From assembly GCA_028534125.1 (NCBI GenBank), contig CM052816.1, positions 26,600,001 through 26,660,000 on the forward strand: a DNA stretch of 60,000 bases, in the 5' to 3' direction. This stretch comes from Lama glama (Eukaryota). The position numbers were made by a program, and so were the translations under genes. Below the pieces are notes generated by a model that was not told the DNA's origin, did not search any database, and saw nothing but the letters and a program-made list of their open reading frames with translations. This document shows, piece after piece, positions 52,466 to 60,000 of this stretch. Each line of letters starts with the position of its first letter. Positions within the stretch are counted from its first letter, which is position 1.

Positions 52466-53668
52466 AATCCAGAAATACCAAGCTTCATGAAAAACTAGAT
52501 GGTGCTCCGTCCTCAACAATGAAGTATCTAAAAACCAGACAAAGCCTGCGTCAATTTAGTTAGCATATATCAATGCCTGGTAAATTTTTAAGAAGCAAGC
52601 AAGCCGTGAGACAGTATTGCACAACCCCTGGCATTCTCCCTAAGCAGCAGCTCCTCTGCCAAAGACGACTCCAGTAAAACGTGCAATCCATTTACTTTGC
52701 ATTCGTAATTAATTTGGTGTACACATAGGAAAAGGATGAAACATTTAACAACATTAAGTGTGGTTTAGTTTAAAATATTATTAAACCTTTGATTTTTCTT
52801 TCACAACATGAAAGCCTCCAAAACAAAAGTTGATCAGTTGGGCCCCATTCTTTCCTCACACCCCATCAGTCAAGCCCAAATGCACATCTCCTGAGATTTC
52901 AAACGGGGCACTACTGAGGTCACTGCTGGCTGTGTGGAGGGAGAAAAGACCTGAGCTCCACATAAAAAGAAAAAGATTTCAGGAGAGCGGCAAAAGTGCA
53001 GAGCCAAAACACCCGGAGAACATGGGACTCTAGAAAGAAGATGACCTTCACACTTGGGAGGGGAGAAGCTTGGAACTCGAGAACATGGACACAGTCCAAA
53101 GAAACTATTATGGGATAGATGATCTCCAGGCTCCTCCCCCCACACAGCACCTCTAGCATCATCTTCCCCTCTGGTACCACCAATTATAAACAGTGATGCT
53201 CAAAATACACATTTGAGCAGCTGACAGTGTGCCCTGGAGGCTAAAGGCAAACTTTCCCCAGGTGGCACAATCAATAAGGAAAAGAAAAGGATGCAAAATA
53301 AAGATAAGCATTACAAAGACGCTCTGCAGAAAAAAAGAGAATATATTCATCAGAAAATAATCCACTGTGACTAAAGGCTTTGCTTAACCCTTTCTGGAGC
53401 ACTGCCCCACACTCCCTATGAGACTATTGAGAGTTTCTAAGCAGAAAAACAGAAGAAAAAAGGGATTTCTAATTCCTGGTTCAAGCACAAGTCAGTCAAG
53501 CTGTTCTAGCCTAGGTAATAAGCTTATCCTTCAAAACTTTATGAAGTCCCTAAATAAAATCTAGGTTGATCTAGATTCCAGCAGCTTTTTCCCTCTGAAT
53601 TAACTAAAGAAAAGGAAAAGTCAGTAGGCTGAGAAAAAGGAAGACGAGATTTTTGCCTTTGTATGTTT

Positions 53669-53770
53669 TGTTTGTTTGTTTGTTTAAATGGAGGTACTGG
53701 GAATCGAACTAAGCACCTCACACATGCTCAGGGTTCATGTACTCCACCCACTGAGCTATACCCCCACCCC
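53669..53770 (-). mobile_element. Camelid tRNA-derived SINE (Vic-1-like)
   Basis: Minus strand GGGGTGGGGGTATAGCTCAGTGG (A box)...GTTCGATTCCCAGTACCTCCATTT (B box), then an (AAAC)n tail. 16-bp TSD ttgcctttgtatgttt (53653-53668) / ttggctttgtatgttt (53771-53786). Confidence 0.88.
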
Positions 53771-56760
53771 TTGGCTTTGTATGTTTAATAATGACAAATC
53801 AAGAAATAACAATTCTGGGGCCCCTGGACCCTCATACGAATGCATTTTTATCTTTAGCACTAATTCCTAACTTTGCCAAGTGGAATTTTTTTCTGCGTTC
53901 AGCATAAATAACATGGTAATGAAAAATGGTAATGTTGGCAACCCTGGGTTTCCTCGGGTCTCTTTCCATCATATCAACATGTAGACTTACTGATGGTCCC
54001 TCACATGAAAAAACTTACAAATAAATTCATACACAATCTCTTTGGTGAAGGTTCAAATGTCTTGGGTTTCACGGCCAAATATTCAGTTTGTTGAGTGAAA
54101 ACTCTTTTGGACCTGAGATTCAGGGGCCTGTTTCAAATCTGGACCTGTTTGAAACTCTAACCTGTTTACTTTCTGACTTTGTCTTCTGTGTCTCCCTTTC
54201 TTGCCTCTACTTCTAGCAAGATTATCCTATCAAAAAAAAAAAAGCATTTGAGTTTTTCAAACAGAAAGGAAATGGTTTCTGACTGGTATGTTCTAAGCTT
54301 TTTCAGTGTATTTGGCTGAATGGGCACAAACTGCCACTAAAAGCCAGCTAATTTATGGAGTCAATCACTAAGGAAAATATGTAGATTCAGCAGTTGTAAC
54401 TCTCCAAATGGACAATAAGAGAAAAGACTCTGAATTTTACAATCATGCACAAACTAATGTTCCATTTGAGTTCTGTATATTTCTCCTCTTTAGAATTCAC
54501 CTATGTGGTTAAGAATTACGGAGGGTACCTTCTACTTCCAAACTTGTTGGTACCAAGGGAGCGTGCTAGGTTCTGGAACACCATACAGCTTATCCAGGCC
54601 TGTGTGCTAAAAGTAAATTATGTACCTAGAATGAAACTAGTGGGTCAAAGCCACTGGGCATCTCCCTCTATTTCCCTTACCTCCAATAATCAACTCCTGT
54701 GTGAGGGAGTTATTCAAGCACCTCCCCATGAGAAGTAAGAAACACTGTATATGATTATGTTGCCTTTAAAGGAGTTAATTTTTTGAAGTCATAATTTTTA
54801 ATTTTAACTTATTCATGAATGATGGTGATCACCTCTCAAGTTTTCATCAACAAGGCACCGGGAAAGGCAAAGTAGGAACCCACTGTTTGGGCAATTTGAT
54901 CTCACCCTGGCGATCTAGCTGAATATCAAGCACCCATTACTTCACCTCATCTGGGAAGGCTCAACCAAACCATACCTGGGCATCAGCATCAAATAAGCCC
55001 ATCAGGGTCTAGAATGGGATGGGAGTCTCAAACCACTTAGACTTTGGCCAGTAACTCTAGATTAGCTTGGAATCAGCACTGATCTAACCATCTCTCATGG
55101 AAGTGCATTTTTGTATATGTAAGTTTTCTAAATTTATCAGGTACTTTTCTGACAGTTTACAGAGATGCATGACAAATTCTGACCCTATTATTTGACGGAA
55201 CACTTCATAGGGACTTAAACCACAATACACATATGTCTTTCTAAGTGTAATGGGGGTCAGACAAAACAGTCTGTTTCATTATCTTTCTATTTACCATGAC
55301 ATATTTTCATTGCTTTATGTGACATTCAGCATGAAATCGTATTGTATTGAAAGCTAAGCTGTGAGTTTCAGTATCCAGAAACTTTCAACTATCATTCTGT
55401 CTTACCTTCTATGTTGTTATTATGATCACAATGAACTTTTACAAATAATAAAATAGATCCATACAGTTAGAGTCACTCAATTTAAAAAGCAAGTTGATAA
55501 TAACAAGATTTTAGTGCACTTTTTGTATTTAAAAAAATAACTAAAATGCCTTGCAAACTTCGAATAAATATCTCGAGGCTATATGCATACTTGCAAGGAA
55601 GGTAAGCGTTCAAAAAAATCCTTCTGGAGTAAGGAAAACCTTTTCAAAACTTTTGTGTCTCCCCTAAAGCCAATAATACTGAGATGTGAAGAAGTCTGTT
55701 GATACTCTCACCAGGGGCTCTCCTATTGAAAGCAAAAGATTCTAAAGACACAGCTGCCTTCATAGCCCTAATACAAATGTTTCAACATTAATTAGTTACA
55801 GCAATGATTGATGCCAAGCATGTGGTTTCTAGAATGGGACAAATAAAAGCATATACACACGTAAGTGTGCACATGTATCGTGAAATGGATCATTATTTCA
55901 AAAAGGATCCACCTCCTCTCTGCTACCTTTCCATCCTCCCTACCTGCTTGGGTTCTACCACCTGCCGTATCCTGCAGACCTGGGAGGGGAGAGTTGGATG
56001 CAAATTATAAGGCAAGGAGAGCTGAGTGGTTTAAGGGTTAACCAGTGGCCAAATTAAGAAAATAATTCAGGAGTCCTGCTTCCGAGTCTCCTATCCTACC
56101 TCCAAAAATCAGTTTCTGCTTTTATATTCAAAACAGTCTAAGCTATTTGGGGTTTAATCAAATTTTCATAGGACGTGAACAGATAAAACACAATCCTTTC
56201 TCATTGCATTAATTTGATTTTTGTCTTTTGCGCTCCCAGCTATCAAGACTGTCGAATAAACCAGTTTTGATTCATAAATTATAGTTCCATTATATCTCCT
56301 GTGCCACTCGTCAGAGTACCTGAAATTTTAATTCACTTGTTCAGCTAAATTTCATCCTCAGTTCACGGCCATAAAATTCTTTATTGACAAACTTTCAAAC
56401 CAACTTTGACTCTGAGGTATCTAGTCAACATTTTTCTTCTGTGTGGATATTAGTTTATTGAATAAGTGGCATCTGTTTTCCTCCACATCACTAGCAGAGG
56501 AGGTATTTCCTTTTGACAGCTTTGCAGGATTTATGGGTTTGCATGCTCTGAAGAAAAATAGTACTAAGCAAAAAATTCCAATTCATTACCTCTTAGTACT
56601 TAATTAAGTTCATACCCATGGCACACTGGAGGTGAACCCTGAAACAACTGTGACAGCAGCCGAGCAGCCAGCTAGATTATCTCTGGGAGACAGAGGGGAT
56701 TCTAATTATCCTGACCTCATTTTTTCCATCTATGATATTCATAAATGTGCCTTCTATTTT

Positions 56761-57007
56761 TTTTTTCCAGAGTACGTATCTTTTTTTTTTTTGAAGTATA
56801 GTCAGTTTACAACGTTGTGTTAGTTTCCGGTGCACAGCACAGTGATTCAGTTTTTTTATATATTTATATCTATATCTATATATATTCCTTTTCATATTCT
56901 TTTTCGTTATAGGCTATTACAAGGTATTGAATATAGTTCTCTATGCTCTACAGTAGGACCTTGCTGTTTACCTATTTTATACGTAGGAGTTAGTGTCTGC
57001 AAATCCC
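56761..57007 (-). mobile_element. Short L1 3' end with perfect TSD, in a PRDM6 intron (same orientation as the gene)
   Basis: L1 3'UTR at 56793-57007. Identical 18-mer aaatgtgccttctatttt at 56743-56760 and 57008-57025. Confidence 0.93.
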
Positions 57008-57258
57008 AAATGTGCCTTCTATTTTGCTTCCCTTTAGACCTGGGCAAAGCTGCTTAGAAAGGGGGAGCAGATTTCTCTGTGCAGCTACTATTCGTGCAGC
57101 CCTTCCAGACAATAAAGTCAAAGAGGGGCCAAACATTACTCTCTGACCTTACAGAACGCAGACCTCTGATTCAGAGGGCTTTCCCTGAGGTATGGCTGGA
57201 AGGCAAGCAGTGAGTCTCACTAAGCAAACACCTGGTGAGAAGTGAGAGGTGGGCTTAC

Positions 57259-57601
57259 CTGTCGGGGTTCTGCGTGCACACATGCATCTGTAAGAGGATC
57301 CGCTGCGTAAAAGTCTTAAAGCACTGTCCACATTTCCAAAGATGCCAGTCACTGAACTCCGAGTGGAGCTGGCTGGTGGAAGTCGGGCTCGCCAGGACTC
57401 GCTGGTTTTTCACGTTGATTTGGTTAAATCCTGATTCAATGGGCCCGGACTTATCCAGGAGGGAGAAGTTCCTGCTGCATGGAGTCTGTGGGAAGACAAC
57501 GGAGCGCTGCTGGGTGGCAGGGGAGAGTTTGCTGTTCTTGCTGAAGGGCTGCAGGGCGTCCTGTCTGCACATGGCTTCCATGACTGTCGAGGGTACATTT
57601 A
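57259..57601 (-). CDS. PRDM6: PRDM6 third-to-last coding exon (343 bp): linker region plus first, atypical zinc finger
   Basis: Acceptor ttgctgttttcccag|TAAATG and donor GACAG|gtaagc. Translates [20 protein letters not shown]...[26 protein letters not shown](R), which I recognise as the PRDM6 C-terminal half. Phase 1 in, phase 2 out. Confidence 0.96.
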
Positions 57602-58394
57602 CTGGGAAAACAGCAAGAGTTTGAGAAGATCAATTTTAGTAGCCCTGAAAATAAGCATAATAGCACACACTTCTAAAAAAATCCCTCTAAGTCAACATTT
57701 TAAAAATTGGTGTTTCTGGACTCACAATGAACAAAAGAACAGCCAATTTGATTTGAGGGGGAAATCACTGTTATTGCCAGTTAACTCAGTCAGTGCCTAT
57801 TTATTAAGCAACTACTGTCTGCTCCAGGTTTTTCCTAACTGGTCATTGCCCTCACTTACGACTTGAGATAAAAAGACTCCATAACTGGGGGGATTTGAGC
57901 TCGGAGGCACAGCAAGAGACAGGGAGAGAAAATGGGGCTCCCTAGAGAGGGTGGCCTTCAGCATGGCAGAGAAGGTAAATTCAGGCCTTCAGGATTTCAG
58001 GCCTTTCATCAGACCCTGCCAGCACAGGACAGATTTTCAAGGAAAAGTGACTAAAGAGGTGAAGGCAACCATATGAAAGACACCTGGAGACAGAAGTCTG
58101 GTACGCTGGTGGGATGGTGAGGCAATCAGGCTGACTGAACACAGTGTGGGTTTGCCAGCACTGTGGGAATAAAGGGTTGGGAGGGTAGACCTCAGAGGGC
58201 CTTTAATGTCCAAATAAATAAATACACAAAAGACTTCAGGCCTAAGAAATAGACACTGACTGTTTCTGAGCAAACGAATAGCAAGAAAAAAGAATCCATG
58301 TTTAGGGAAGGCTTGACAGAGGCAAAATTTACACGCAGGGTGCAGGCATAAGGTAAGAGTAGCAGGCATCAGAGTATGTGATCACAGAGGATGG

Positions 58395-58530
58395 TGCTTG
58401 CAACTCGGGCTTTGGAATCAGAAAGACCTGTGTTCAAATCCTAACTCTGCCTTTTACTAGCCTGGTGATCTTAGGCAAGTTACGCAGTCTCTCTGTGCTT
58501 GTGTCTCCATCTGTAAAATGAGGACAATGA
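58395..58530 (+). mobile_element. MIR SINE (further piece at about 59050-59150)
   Basis: gggctttggaatcagaaagacctgtgttcaaatcctaactctgcc...ctccatctgtaaaatgagga. Confidence 0.85.
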
Positions 58531-58600
58531 AACTAATAATTTTAAAAGTAATGGCATGGCTTAGTGGGTGAGATGGTCTAGATTTTAACTCAACTACCTA

Positions 58601-58920
58601 CAGCTGTCCCTTGGTATCCACGGCGGGGTTGGATCCAGAACCCCTGCAGATACCAAAATCTGCAGATGCTCAAGTCTCTTATATAAAATGGCATAGTATT
58701 TGCATATAATCTACTCACATCCTGCCGAATACTTTAAATCATCTCTAGACTAGTTATAATACATAATACCATGCAAATGCTAAGTAAATAGTTGCCAACA
58801 TATGGCAAATTCAAGTTTTGCTTTTTGGAACTTTCTTAAATTTTTTTTCCCCAGAATATTTTCCGTCTGTGGTTGGTTGACTCTGCTGGAGCGGAAGCTG
58901 TGGATCCAGAGGGCTAACTG
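58601..58920 (+). mobile_element. MER2B-like TcMar-Tigger MITE, full length
   Basis: ta|cagctgtcccttggtatccac ... gtggatccagagggctaactg|tg inverted termini with a TA-type target site. Core gatgctcaagtctcttatataaaatggcatagtatttgcatataa. Confidence 0.9.
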
Positions 58921-60000
58921 TGGGCAGGTATGGAATACCTAAATCCACAGTTTAGTCCTCGGTAAAATGTAAAGTGGTCACGGGAAGGAGTGAGAGATAA
59001 TGCACAGGCAGCAGCTAGTAAATGCCAAGGTTGTCACTCAACAGATACTGAGTTCTATGAGCCCTGTCTTCCTCATCTTTAAACACCAGTTTGAGATTTA
59101 AATGAGATAATGATAGTACTCATCACAGGGCCTACTATCAATATCAGTCACAATTCTTACTATTACAGAAGGAAAAGAGCCTCGAATGAAGGGAGATGGA
59201 CCCAAGCGGGGTGGTGGCAGTTGGAGTGGGGAAAGAATGAGAAGAAACATTTTTGAGAAGGGAAACCTAATATATTTGAATTTTGTTTTTCTTTTTTCTT
59301 TGTCATTGTATTCATAATATACATCATGCGTTCACTTGTCAACCCACAGGTTCAGAGGTGAGGAGAATCTTTACATTATGCTTAAAAACTATTATTCTTA
59401 CTTTAATTATCTACTCTGGCAATAAAATTTGTTTCTTGGTATTTCAGGGATCATAGAGATTCAAGGTTACAGCATGGTCAAGAGAAGGAATTTAGAGACC
59501 AAAAAGTTTGAAAAGGATGATTGGCAAAAACGGTGGTGGTGGGAAATAAATGATGGCTGTTGACCATCGGGTTCAAGGTTATGTGAAAAGGAACACGTGA
59601 ACTGGGTGCTCTCATTCTTCCCTGCAACAGACCATCTCTGAGATTCCAGTGGAGCAAGAAAACTCAGGTGTCCTCAACTACAAAAAGAGAACAAGAGAGG
59701 ACCACTACCGCCAGGAGGCTCCATGCTTGAGTGGATATGTAGACACCACGTGTGGCGGGGTTAAGGATGCCACTAAGGACTCTTCCACCCTGAGTGTTCT
59801 ACACTTTCACATGTATTAGATGAATCCAACAAATGGAACAGCTCATCCTCCAGGGCTCTGTTGGCATGGCCCATTCTGTCTTATGAAGAAGAAATAAAGC
59901 AAGAGACTCACAGACCAGGAAAGAATGTGGAGTTTGTCTACTTGGTAGTTCTTTATCCTGATTGTATATTATACTCATAGAGATTTTTTTTAAAATACCA

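Noticed and set aside
53685..53770. tRNA-like sequence with A and B boxes
   Set aside because: Has an A-rich tail and TSD and no convincing cloverleaf, so it is a SINE rather than a tRNA gene.
1662..54772. Window-wide enrichment of perfect CArG boxes (seen at 1662, 11618, 22091, 23547, 25309, 35484, 38103, 39104, 54763)
   Set aside because: A rough independent-base estimate at ~40% GC already predicts 4-5 per 60 kb, and more with CC/GG bias. The count alone is not persuasive.
1..60000. CRISPR arrays, operons or other prokaryote-type systems
   Set aside because: The sequence is mammalian intron and intergenic DNA. I saw no regularly spaced repeat-spacer array or dense coding region.

Overview
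Mammalian genomic DNA, most likely camelid (alpaca/camel), judged from a Vic-1-type tRNA-derived SINE and artiodactyl/camelid-style L1 3' ends. The only protein-coding gene I can support is the 3' end of PRDM6 on the minus strand. Its last three coding exons (57601-57259, 48554-48378, 41634-41520) splice with GT-AG boundaries into one frame encoding the linker and four zinc fingers, ending ...ESPESIEVD*, followed by a ~0.85 kb 3'UTR with a poly(A) signal near 40700. The PR/SET-domain exons lie beyond the right edge. Positions 1-40 kb are downstream intergenic DNA made of L1, L2, CR1/L3, MIR, MaLR/ERVL LTR and hAT/Tigger fossils, interspersed with repeat-free blocks that look like developmental enhancers. 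The other ORFs in the track look spurious or transposon-derived. I found no convincing new multi-gene system. The best leads are an apparent ancient CR1/L2-type reverse-transcriptase fossil abutting the PRDM6 poly(A) site, an AG|GT recursive-splice-like or alternative acceptor site in the last intron, an L1 with two tandem 3' ends, and a short L1 3' transduction. Repeat family names come from recalled consensus sequences and repeat boundaries are approximate.
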